Source of the DNA: Candidatus Porisulfidus sp. TsSOB
Lineage (GTDB): Bacteria; Pseudomonadota; Gammaproteobacteria; Poriferisulfidales; Poriferisulfidaceae
Length of the DNA stretch: 64,000 nucleotides
Assembly (NCBI GenBank): GCA_002631715.1
Contig: MRSX01000003.1
Span: 361,286-425,285 of the forward strand
Direction: 5' to 3'
Under the pieces are notes generated by a model. It saw nothing but the letters and a program-made list of their open reading frames with translations. It ran no database searches and was not told where the DNA came from. How positions within the stretch are numbered: the first letter of the stretch is position 1; each line of letters opens with the position of its first letter. Below, piece after piece: positions 42,574-51,315 of this stretch. The position numbers were made by a program, and so were the translations under genes.

Positions 42574-43703
42574 GCCTTGCTCAGAACCATGAAGGCGCTT
42601 TGATGTGATTCGGTTTGCTGGGCGATTTCTTCCTCGATTCGTTCGGAATAATGATAAATCGGGATGCTGGGGTGAAGGCGTTGCGCGACTGTGTCCGAAT
42701 AGTATTCCGGTTCCTTGAATCCTGAACCCAGTTCCGGGTTCGATGCAGCACATTCCGGTGTCAGGATGAGTGTGCCTCCTTTAGCAAGTTGACGCGCAGC
42801 CGCATTCGAGTCCAAGGTCGCAGAATCGGTGATGCACAGCACATCTCGCAGATTTTCGGTGTCAGAGGGTTCGGAACATTCAAGCGGACCATGCTCTTGA
42901 GTCGAGCAGGCTTGATCCAGGGCCTGCAGGGCATCAGGAGATTCCTTGGAACCGTGAGCATCGGCTCGGGTGACACGAGTATAGGGGCTGTAAAGGCATT
43001 CAAGCGCGATTAGGCCTGCATCCTCACCGATGGCGGCCAAGCGCACGGGTCGGCGCGGGCCGTATTGGTTGCGGATGATTTGTTCAATGACGGCGTGATA
43101 GCGACCGAGACGCCATAAGCGTTGGACTTCGGATTGCCAGAATTTCTGGATCGCTTCGGTATTGTCTTCCAACCCCAAAGCTACCGCATGCCGAGGAGTC
43201 TGTTCGAACAGCCACCGGGCCGTACTCGGGATGATAGGCGGCCAGCGTCGACCAACCCGCATCGACATGACGCCGTCGTTTTCCGCCCAGATGTTGCTGA
43301 TGCCGATGTAGCGTGAACGGCTCCGGAAGACATTTTCAAGAGAACTGCGGCACCACAGACCTTGGTCGCGTGCCTGGATTTCCGGATAGACCGGGAGGAT
43401 TACAGCCCCTTTGGGTTTTATCAATCCTAGTAGGTGGCGCAGGAACGCCGCCCCCCAATTGTTGGAGAACAGCGGGAAACTGATGCCGATGAAGATTCGA
43501 TCCAGCGAAAATGGTGCAAAGGGATGGAATACGTTGCCTATCCCGTCTTCGCCGGGGTCTTCCGTGAAATTTGCAGCATCCGTGGTGAAACTCCGGATAT
43601 CGTCCGACGGGCGAATTTGGTTGTGCTTGTCGCGCTGTTCGCTGAAGTAGTACTCCAGGTCTTCCTCAATATCGGAGGCTGAACGATGCAGGGCAATGTC
43701 CAT
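42570..43703 (-). CDS. Hypothetical protein, possibly tandem degenerate class-I methyltransferase-like folds
   Basis: LIKPKGAVIL and LAKGGTLILT resemble SAM-methyltransferase post-I/III strands. No clear glycine-rich motif I. Confidence 0.3.
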   Translation of the reverse strand: MDIALHRSASDIEEDLEYYFSEQRDKHNQIRPSDDIRSFTTDAANFTEDPGEDGIGNVFHPFAPFSLDRIFIGISFPLFSNNWGAAFLRHLLGLIKPKGAVILPVYPEIQARDQGLWCRSSLENVFRSRSRYIGISNIWAENDGVMSMRVGRRWPPIIPSTARWLFEQTPRHAVALGLEDNTEAIQKFWQSEVQRLWRLGRYHAVIEQIIRNQYGPRRPVRLAAIGEDAGLIALECLYSPYTRVTRADAHGSKESPDALQALDQACSTQEHGPLECSEPSDTENLRDVLCITDSATLDSNAAARQLAKGGTLILTPECAASNPELGSGFKEPEYYSDTVAQRLHPSIPIYHYSERIEEEIAQQTESHQSAFMVLSKA

Positions 43704-43714
43704 GGATCAGAAAT

Positions 43715-44167
43715 TCAGAGCACCAGGATGTCGGGACGTTCGTAGTTTTTCTGGATGTAGTCGTTCAGGTCGCTCACCCAGTTTGGATCTGGAATTTCCG
43801 GCGGCAGTTCTCCGATGCTGGCGCGCGCTCGGGACAGTTCGGACTGGGAATCTTCCAGGAGCTTGTCGCACTGCGTGAGGACGGTGGTTGCTTCGCGACG
43901 ATAGATTTCTTCGAACACAGTGGCGGTTACACGGTGGACGAGTGCTTGCCGGACGACGCCAAAGTGGGTGCAGACACGTTCGGTCAGACCGATCAAGGCG
44001 CCGTTGATGTGGGGGTCCTGCTGCATTGAGACCGGAACGTTTCCAAGGTCATCCTGAACGGGTGTGAGGCAGGGCAGGAGCAGGGCGAGGGTTTTCTGGC
44101 GGGCCTTGAGCGTGCGGGGTTTTAGGAACTCCATGGGGATGTGTGGCCGGATAACGCATTTTAGCAA
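43715..44167 (-). CDS. Hypothetical protein
   Basis: ORF only. Confidence 0.3.
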   Translation of the reverse strand: MLKCVIRPHIPMEFLKPRTLKARQKTLALLLPCLTPVQDDLGNVPVSMQQDPHINGALIGLTERVCTHFGVVRQALVHRVTATVFEEIYRREATTVLTQCDKLLEDSQSELSRARASIGELPPEIPDPNWVSDLNDYIQKNYERPDILVL

Positions 44168-44243
44168 GGATGCGCTGGCGATTCGGGAAACCTATAATCA
44201 CACATCAGCGCACACGGGCTATTGATTCCTTGAGCGGTGAACC

Positions 44244-45845
44244 TTGACTTTCATGTCTGAACAGATGGCAGATTTTTTGACTTTACGCGGTCGCGTAATT
44301 AGTGGGCGTGGAACCGCCTCAAAGATCAAAAGCTTTTCTGCCGAAATCGTAAATTTTTTCGGAGAGCCCCCAGTTCGCGGATCGCTGAATTTGGCGCTAG
44401 ACAAGCCAATCCGATTTGATCCAGAACAGGTTGAGCTTGAGGGAGGGAGACGCTCCTTTTTCTGGGCTGGTGAAATTGATGGAATGCGTTGCTTGATTAC
44501 GCGGGCAAAGGGTCACCCGCTGCATATTATTGAAATCGTTGCCCCGTGCAAGTTGCGAGATAAATTCCAGTTACGCGATGGGGACTGGATGGAATTGAAG
44601 GTGTCGCGAGACATCGTTTTGGAAGATTTGCCATGGGGCACCAAAGCAGCCTGGAATTTCTTTTGGCGTTTTCGGGAGTGCTGGTATGTATCCAAAGTCT
44701 ACCGCGCGCTGATCGGGCCTTTCTGGCTGATTCGCAGGATGGCGACGCAATCTCCCCAGTACCACGCCAAATTGTGGGGCCGAAGGAAACTCCGGAACGA
44801 TATTTCGGTTTGCCATATCAACTTGGCGCGCAACCCGAAGCTGCGCGGAGGCGAACGACAGACTGAAATCTTGGTCGAAGCACTTGCGGCCGAAGGCGTG
44901 TCCAGGCAGCGTGTCATCGTGCTGCGACAAGGCCCTTTGGCACAGCGCTTTCGTAACCGTCCAAATTTGGAAGTCTGCCGGGTGAGAAACCGGTTGTCGG
45001 CAGTATTTGTTTGCCGGGGCGCATCCTTGTTGCACGCGCATGAGGCGCATGCGGCGCAGGTGGCTTATGCTGCGAGTCTGTTTGGCAAGCAATATCTGAT
45101 TACGCGCCGACTGACAAAGCCCGTACGGTCCAATTCCTACAGTTCGGCCGTATACCGGAATGCACAGACTGTCGTGGCTTTGACAGAAGCGGTGGAAAAC
45201 AGCCTTCAGAACCGTTTCCCGGAGATTTCAATCGACCGCATTCCCGATGCTTGGAACCCGGAGTACCCTGACCCGGATGGGGTGCGGCAGATCAAAGAGG
45301 AGTTTTCGGGCAGGTTCATTGTCGGGCATGCTGCTGCGATGGATGGCCCGGAGAAAGGACATTCCGTATTGCTTCAAGCGGCACGGACCCTGCAGCAGGA
45401 TGCGCCAGATCTCCAGTTTGTTCTGCTGGGGAGTGGCCGCTTGGAGGAAGAATTCCGCCGACAGGCCGAAGGTTTGACCAATGTGTACTTTGCAGGTTGG
45501 GTTGAAGATCCCATCACATGGATTGCCGCTTTTGATCTTTTTGCATTTCCTTCTCTGATCGAGCCGCTGGGGTCCACGCTTCTGGATGTCATGCGTGCGG
45601 GTGTGCCTGTTGTGGCGAGCCGGGTGGATGGGATCCCGGAAACCATCACTGAAGGGTGCGGAATTCTAGTCCCGCCTGGAGATGCAGGCGCACTGGCGGA
45701 GCAATTGCTACTCCTATATCGGTCAGAGGGATTGAGGCGAAGTTTATCGGAGAAGGGACTAGAAAGAGCGAAGGAATACAGTCCGGAATTGATAGCGAGG
45801 AGTCATTTGAAAGTATATCGAACTTTAAAGGCTGAATTCACATGA
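44244..45845 (+). CDS. Bidomain protein: N-terminal DUF120/CTP-dependent riboflavin kinase-like domain fused to a family-4 (GT-B) glycosyltransferase
   Basis: N-terminus GRVISGRGT...PPVRGSLNLALD...HIIEIVAPCKLRDKFQLRDGDWMELKV aligns by eye with the archaeal RibK (PF01982) pattern. C-terminal part shows the GT4 pattern EPLGSTLLDVMRAGVPVVASRVDGIPE. Confidence 0.6.
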   Translation: MTFMSEQMADFLTLRGRVISGRGTASKIKSFSAEIVNFFGEPPVRGSLNLALDKPIRFDPEQVELEGGRRSFFWAGEIDGMRCLITRAKGHPLHIIEIVAPCKLRDKFQLRDGDWMELKVSRDIVLEDLPWGTKAAWNFFWRFRECWYVSKVYRALIGPFWLIRRMATQSPQYHAKLWGRRKLRNDISVCHINLARNPKLRGGERQTEILVEALAAEGVSRQRVIVLRQGPLAQRFRNRPNLEVCRVRNRLSAVFVCRGASLLHAHEAHAAQVAYAASLFGKQYLITRRLTKPVRSNSYSSAVYRNAQTVVALTEAVENSLQNRFPEISIDRIPDAWNPEYPDPDGVRQIKEEFSGRFIVGHAAAMDGPEKGHSVLLQAARTLQQDAPDLQFVLLGSGRLEEEFRRQAEGLTNVYFAGWVEDPITWIAAFDLFAFPSLIEPLGSTLLDVMRAGVPVVASRVDGIPETITEGCGILVPPGDAGALAEQLLLLYRSEGLRRSLSEKGLERAKEYSPELIARSHLKVYRTLKAEFT

Positions 45846-47137
45846 AGCAAGAACTGGATGTCTATCTTCACCGAATCTATGCGGGTCGCTTGACCCGAAT
45901 GGGTTTTGGCGCAATATCTTTCTCGTATGATCCGAGTTATGTAGAGCGAGATCTTCCCACGCTGTCAATCTCAATGCCTCCACGGGAAAAGCCGTATCGT
46001 GAAGGGGTCGTCAAATCGTTCTTTTTTACGCCTCTGCCGGACTTTGTGGTTTGGAAAAAGAGGACCTTTTCCCGTTTACTGCGGAAGTTTCTGTGGAGTT
46101 TCGTTCCGGGATCGCTTGCACGCAATCAGAAGGCTAAGTATTTCTATCTGTCCGAGCGAGAGCGGTTCACTTTTTTGAAAAACAAGGGAATATCAGCAGG
46201 AGCAGTTGATTTGTGTCCGAGCGGAACTTCGCTAGCCGAATCGGATGTAAACGAAGAACAGAATGAAATTCTGAAGGGTGAACTCATTCGGAAAATAATC
46301 GCAGACCCAAAGTCGTCGATAGCCTCCATGGGGGGAAGCAACAAGAAGATTCCCGTATATATCGACAAGGAGAGTGGTGAACTGGTGTGGGTGAAAGGGA
46401 GGAAGGCTACTTCCTCGACTCACATTCTCAAAAATCTCGATGAACGAGAAACTGCCATCAATGAGCTATTCTGTATGCGCCTAGCCCAGTCAGTCGGCTT
46501 GACTGTCCCCGCGGTAGAGAAACGTTCCATTGATGGTATTCCTTGTTTTTTAGTCGCGCGTTACGACCGGGCACAGTCAGACGACGGACAAATCGAGGTT
46601 TTGCATCAGGAAACTTTCTGTCAGGCGTTGGGTGTTCTCCCTGGCGTAGTATCAGAGCGCAGGGGCGGCCCTAGCGTAGAAAAATGTCTTGATTTGCTGG
46701 ATCAGCATTCTACCGCCCCAGAGCGGGACCAAGCGGAATTTCTGATGCAGATCGTTTTTTGTTACCTGATTGGCCGGAACGATTTCAACGGCAGGAATTT
46801 GTCATTGGTATACCGGAATAACCAGCCGGAACTGGCGCCTGCACATGATCTGATGGGGTCTTTTTCTTGGCGTGACAGACTGGACATGACTATAGGCGGG
46901 GTAAGGGATCCATGGAAAGTGGGAACACGGGATTGGCGTCGCGCTGTCGGGGAAGCCAGATTCCCTGTATTGCGCGAGCAATTGACTAGGCTTCCTAAGG
47001 AGTGCCTAGAGAATTCTCGTACATTGTTGCAAGAGTTTAAACGCGAAGATATGTTTTCTGAAAGGATCGAAATTATCTGCTCCAGGATCACACAGCGTGC
47101 TCATATCATTGAACAACAGTTATCGAGCGAATTGTAA
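45842..47137 (+). CDS. HipA-like kinase family protein with divergent catalytic loop
   Basis: HipA N-terminal pattern LDVYLHRIYAGRLTRMGFGAISFSYDPSY. HipA_C pattern IGRNDFNGRNLSLVY...APAHDL, where DFNGRN replaces the canonical DxHxKN. ATGA overlap with the upstream glycosyltransferase. Confidence 0.6.
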   Translation: MKQELDVYLHRIYAGRLTRMGFGAISFSYDPSYVERDLPTLSISMPPREKPYREGVVKSFFFTPLPDFVVWKKRTFSRLLRKFLWSFVPGSLARNQKAKYFYLSERERFTFLKNKGISAGAVDLCPSGTSLAESDVNEEQNEILKGELIRKIIADPKSSIASMGGSNKKIPVYIDKESGELVWVKGRKATSSTHILKNLDERETAINELFCMRLAQSVGLTVPAVEKRSIDGIPCFLVARYDRAQSDDGQIEVLHQETFCQALGVLPGVVSERRGGPSVEKCLDLLDQHSTAPERDQAEFLMQIVFCYLIGRNDFNGRNLSLVYRNNQPELAPAHDLMGSFSWRDRLDMTIGGVRDPWKVGTRDWRRAVGEARFPVLREQLTRLPKECLENSRTLLQEFKREDMFSERIEIICSRITQRAHIIEQQLSSEL

Positions 47138-47266
47138 TTTCCACTAAGTAAAAAATACGATCTACTTTGCGACGAACCAAGCTCTATGGGGGCGTTCTTG
47201 TATACTGGCGTCCGTCAGAATTTAGAGTATTTATACCGTCCGCCTGTTTGGTAGCTGGGACTAAAA

Positions 47267-48121
47267 ATGGATATTGGAATCATCGGCTACGGTGTGGTGG
47301 GCAAGGCTGTGACCGTTGCATTCGAAGGGCAAACCTCGCTCCATATATATGATCCGGCATATTTAGGGTCTTCAAAAGACGAATTTGAGGACTCGCTGGA
47401 TGCCGTTTGGGAAAAAGCTGAATTTACCTTTATCTGTGTGCCTACGCCTCAGCAGGTTGAGCCGGGAGTGTTGGGGGGAGCCTTTGATAGCACCATTATC
47501 GATTCATGCATGAAGTCGCTGGGAGAGCAATCGCGCGATACGTCCAAGATTGCTGTTTTGAGCAGCACGACACTACCATCGCGCATCACTCATTACCAGA
47601 AAAATTGGCCTCACTTGCGTCTAGTTGTCTGCCCCGAATTTCTCAGGGAGAGAACGGCTATCGAAGACTACATTAAGCCGGAGTTCCGCATTTTAGGCGG
47701 TGAGGATAGAGACACAAAAGAAGTGCAGGATCTATTTTCTGAATTCAGCATCTGTACCCCCTGTCCGACCGAGTTCTGTGATGCTGCTGGAGCGGCACTC
47801 ATCAAATATATGAACAACACGTTTTTAGCAACCAAGGTAAGTATATTCAATCAATTCTACGAATTATGGCAGAAGGAGGGCATCCTGACAGACTGGATTA
47901 AACTGATGAAAGCACTGCATCTGGATGGGCGCCTAGGCAATTCTCATTACCAAATTCCTGGCCCGGATGGAGATAGAGGCTGGGGCGGGAAGTGCTACCC
48001 GAAAGATGCGAATGCGCTCCTGCATGAAGCCAAAGAAATGGGAGTGTCGTTGAGTATTCTGGAGGAGGCATGGAAGTATAATCTATCAGTCCGGAAGGAC
48101 ATTGATTGGATGGATGATTAG
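47267..48121 (+). CDS. Nucleotide-sugar (UDP-glucose/GDP-mannose) dehydrogenase family protein, short form
   Basis: N-terminal Rossmann MDIGIIGYGVVGKAV and catalytic GGKCYPKD. Confidence 0.6.
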   Translation: MDIGIIGYGVVGKAVTVAFEGQTSLHIYDPAYLGSSKDEFEDSLDAVWEKAEFTFICVPTPQQVEPGVLGGAFDSTIIDSCMKSLGEQSRDTSKIAVLSSTTLPSRITHYQKNWPHLRLVVCPEFLRERTAIEDYIKPEFRILGGEDRDTKEVQDLFSEFSICTPCPTEFCDAAGAALIKYMNNTFLATKVSIFNQFYELWQKEGILTDWIKLMKALHLDGRLGNSHYQIPGPDGDRGWGGKCYPKDANALLHEAKEMGVSLSILEEAWKYNLSVRKDIDWMDD

Positions 48122-48178
48122 CAGGGTGGATATCATTTATCCCTAAACAATTACACCTTATCCCAACCCGAACAAACC

Positions 48179-49105
48179 ATGAAAATTGGCGTCGCCGTGA
48201 TAACACGGAATAGGCCAAAGTCGCTTCACAGATTGCTAACCTCATACGTGCAACTTGTTCCCCCGGAACATGCATCCCTTCACTTCATCGTAGTGGAAAA
48301 CAATGATGCGCTGACAATGGGGGGGGTAGTTGAAAAATTCAGACAAGCCTTGAAGGGATCAGCAAACGAGACGGCAAGTATCAGTGTCGACATTGAGCAG
48401 ACACAAGGCATACCTTTTGCCCGGAACAAAGCCTTGGACATGGCGATTGAACTGGACTGCGACTTCATGTCTTTTACAGACGATGATTGCGAAGTCTCTC
48501 CGGATTGGCTGGTTGACCTGATCAAGACCCAGAAAGAAAGTGGGGCAGACCTTGTGACAGGCGCGGTCCAGCCTATTCCTGAGTCATCTCCGAAATCTAA
48601 CCAGTTCGTCAGAAATGGATTGATACGCTACTTTGATCGACACAGACAAAAGGAGGATCTTCCTGGAACAAACAACTGGCTTGGTCGCTTGGAATTCATC
48701 AAAGCCAAATCTCTTCGATTTGACGAATCCTACGGTCTTTCTTCAGGCTCGGACTGGAAATTCAAGAAAGACCTGATTGCTGCTGGAGGATACACAGACT
48801 TCACCCGGAATGTCCGTGTACATGAGTTGGTTCCAGTCGACAGGACGACAATCAGATCTCTCTTCGAGAGGAGTCGGGACTTCAAGAAGGCAAACAAAAA
48901 AATTTATCAGGCTTCGCCTTTCTATCTGGTTGCCAGCATCGCCAGTAGGATCCTGTTTCACGTTATTCCACGCTTAGTTTTATCTCCCTTCGATAGGGGC
49001 TATTCTTTTGTTATGGCGATCAAGCAGGCTGGAAAAGTTGCTGGGCAAATTGATGTATTGTTTGGGCGCCGTAGGAGTTTCTACCGCACTACAACGGGAG
49101 AGTAA
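48179..49105 (+). CDS. Family-2 glycosyltransferase
   Basis: GT-A pattern VAVITRNRP...FTDDDCEVSPDWL. Confidence 0.7.
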   Translation: MKIGVAVITRNRPKSLHRLLTSYVQLVPPEHASLHFIVVENNDALTMGGVVEKFRQALKGSANETASISVDIEQTQGIPFARNKALDMAIELDCDFMSFTDDDCEVSPDWLVDLIKTQKESGADLVTGAVQPIPESSPKSNQFVRNGLIRYFDRHRQKEDLPGTNNWLGRLEFIKAKSLRFDESYGLSSGSDWKFKKDLIAAGGYTDFTRNVRVHELVPVDRTTIRSLFERSRDFKKANKKIYQASPFYLVASIASRILFHVIPRLVLSPFDRGYSFVMAIKQAGKVAGQIDVLFGRRRSFYRTTTGE

Positions 49106-49147
49106 GTAGTACCTTTCTGCAAATTGTAAGGTGTCCGCAGGTCCATA

Positions 49148-50290
49148 TTGATGGTTGCTTGGTTAGCACGATGGATGCGAAGGCTTCGGAGAGGCCGGCA
49201 GCAGATCATGCTTTCTCTGGCACGCTGTCTTCTTAATATTAGAACGGCACCTAGGGAGGTCTACAACCCAAGTGCTGTACGGAAAATCTTGATTCTGTTG
49301 CCGGACAGCATTGGGGAGTCCCTGATGGCCACCGTGTTTATAAATTTAGTCAAGGTACAGAGGCCTGATATTGAAATCACTGTGGCCAGTGGCTCAACAA
49401 CTAGAGCTATGCTTGCCGGGTGCGATGCGGTTGATCAGTTTATTTCCACCGATGAGGCGGCAAGACCGAGACGACGTTTGAAATTGCTGGCAGCTGAGAT
49501 CAGAAAACAGAAGGAGGAGTTTTGCCTCATCGTCGAGATGCGGATAAAACTGAATCCTAGGATATTGGCTTGTCTTGCCCGCATTGGAGGGCAGCATTAC
49601 CTTGGATATAACAAGCACGACTACAAAGTTTTTGATTTAAATGTACCGCATAGTCCAACGTTGCATACGTCGGAGCGTTGGCTAGCCGCGGCTGAGATAG
49701 CGGTAGGGCAAAGTTTCCAGAAACCGGATCGCCTCCGCCAGGTCTTTTCTCTTCCTGTCGACGAGGATGTCGAGCTTGAGGTCGATGCGTGGCTGGCCGC
49801 CAATGCAGGATCTGGCCCACGAATCTTGCTCAATTTCTACGCCAAAGCGAGCAATCGCTCGTTTCGCCATGTGGAAGCGATGAAACTTTTGCGATTATGG
49901 CGAACAAAATTTCCGAATCACCTATTGTTACTGCTCCCTGTACCAAGCCACGAATCCGATGTCGAAAAGATGGCTGCGGAGCTAAATGATCCGAAGGTTG
50001 TTGTTGCGCCAAGTCCTCTTCTTCTTGCTACTTCAGTCGCTTTGGCTCGCCGCGTTGACCTGATTTTGACGCCTGATACTGGCATGGTTCACATTGCATC
50101 GGCTCTAAATACTCCCGTGGTTGCGATATACAGAGATAATCCAGAGAACTTTGAACAATGGAAACCTCTCAGTGACCGGCAGGGTGTGATTTATACGCGC
50201 CCGCCAACTTCGCCGCACCATCGTGTCTATGTCCACGAATTTGACAAAGGGGAATTGGTGGCGCATGTGGAGAGGTTATTGCCTGCATGA
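49148..50290 (+). CDS. Family-9 glycosyltransferase (LPS heptosyltransferase-like)
   Basis: TPDTGMVHIASALNTPVVAIY motif. Confidence 0.7.
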   Translation: MMVAWLARWMRRLRRGRQQIMLSLARCLLNIRTAPREVYNPSAVRKILILLPDSIGESLMATVFINLVKVQRPDIEITVASGSTTRAMLAGCDAVDQFISTDEAARPRRRLKLLAAEIRKQKEEFCLIVEMRIKLNPRILACLARIGGQHYLGYNKHDYKVFDLNVPHSPTLHTSERWLAAAEIAVGQSFQKPDRLRQVFSLPVDEDVELEVDAWLAANAGSGPRILLNFYAKASNRSFRHVEAMKLLRLWRTKFPNHLLLLLPVPSHESDVEKMAAELNDPKVVVAPSPLLLATSVALARRVDLILTPDTGMVHIASALNTPVVAIYRDNPENFEQWKPLSDRQGVIYTRPPTSPHHRVYVHEFDKGELVAHVERLLPA

Positions 50291-50365
50291 CAGGGCAATT
50301 TTGTGCACAAACAGGTCATTATCTGCGCCGGATTGTTTCTTGAGGCGTAAATACTGGAATTGATT

Positions 50366-51163
50366 TTATCCTCTTGAGGAGATGCCGAGTTCGCGAATAG
50401 GAGGGCAACTTTTGTGAAGAAATACGAGATTTAGGCCAAGCCAGTTAACTAGCCCATAGTTTTGGCCAATCATGAAAGCATAGAGATCGCTTCGCATTAC
50501 GTCCTCGATTCTTGAGTCCCACGTTTCAACACAAACTACCTTAGGACAGTAGCGGTCAAAATCTAACGATTGCAACACTGCCAGGTTATGGCCTTCTACA
50601 TCTACGCTGAGGAAATCTATGGGACGGTCTCTGTGTGGCGTTTGATCAATCAGGTTCGTTAATGTATCGGTTTTTACTTCAATTTTCCGCCATCCCTTTT
50701 CATTCTCTGCTCGTTCGAGTTTTTCAAGGGAATTTAGGCTAGACCATAGCCCCCTTCTCCAGTATTTTGCTACGCCTGTTTGCCGACTTACGGCACAAGC
50801 GATATTTGTATCCCGAGGGCGACGCAAATTAAATGCATCAATTTTAATTTGATCAATATCTATGTTGATTCCTCGCCAGCCGTGTTGGTAAAGGACGTAA
50901 GTTGTGTTGCCCCGGATTGGGTGGAAGCATCCGACATCAACAAAAAATCCATCTTTGGGAACCACGCCAACATTATTGAGGTGTTTGAGAATTTTCTTGA
51001 TGTATTCGTCAGTGTACGAGAAATAGTGAGTTTTAGTAGTGTGTGCGATCCTACGCAGCACATACAGTTTTCTGAATAATGGATTGCGCTCAAGCCAAAG
51101 GGGTGGGTTAGTGCGTTTGTAATTAGGAAACATCCTCAATGCTCTAGGTGATTTACGAAGCAT
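50366..51163 (-). CDS. FkbM-family methyltransferase
   Basis: FFVDVGCFHP... FkbM domain pattern. Confidence 0.7.
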   Translation of the reverse strand: MLRKSPRALRMFPNYKRTNPPLWLERNPLFRKLYVLRRIAHTTKTHYFSYTDEYIKKILKHLNNVGVVPKDGFFVDVGCFHPIRGNTTYVLYQHGWRGINIDIDQIKIDAFNLRRPRDTNIACAVSRQTGVAKYWRRGLWSSLNSLEKLERAENEKGWRKIEVKTDTLTNLIDQTPHRDRPIDFLSVDVEGHNLAVLQSLDFDRYCPKVVCVETWDSRIEDVMRSDLYAFMIGQNYGLVNWLGLNLVFLHKSCPPIRELGISSRG

Positions 51164-51315
51164 TCTACTGGATATGACTCATGGTGTATGGCAAAAATCC
51201 CCAACAATTTGTTCTTTTCGAGAGGCATAATCTTCTGGAGCAATCCACCTAAAAACTCCCATATGCTAAAGTAATCTCACACTTTTTGGCGGGGTTTAAC
51301 CACGGAATCACCCAC

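Noticed and set aside
44244-45845. Treating the DUF120 segment and the GT4 segment as two separate genes
   Set aside because: There is no stop codon between them in the sequence as given. It is kept as a fusion, with the caveat that an internal Met could also initiate the GT alone.
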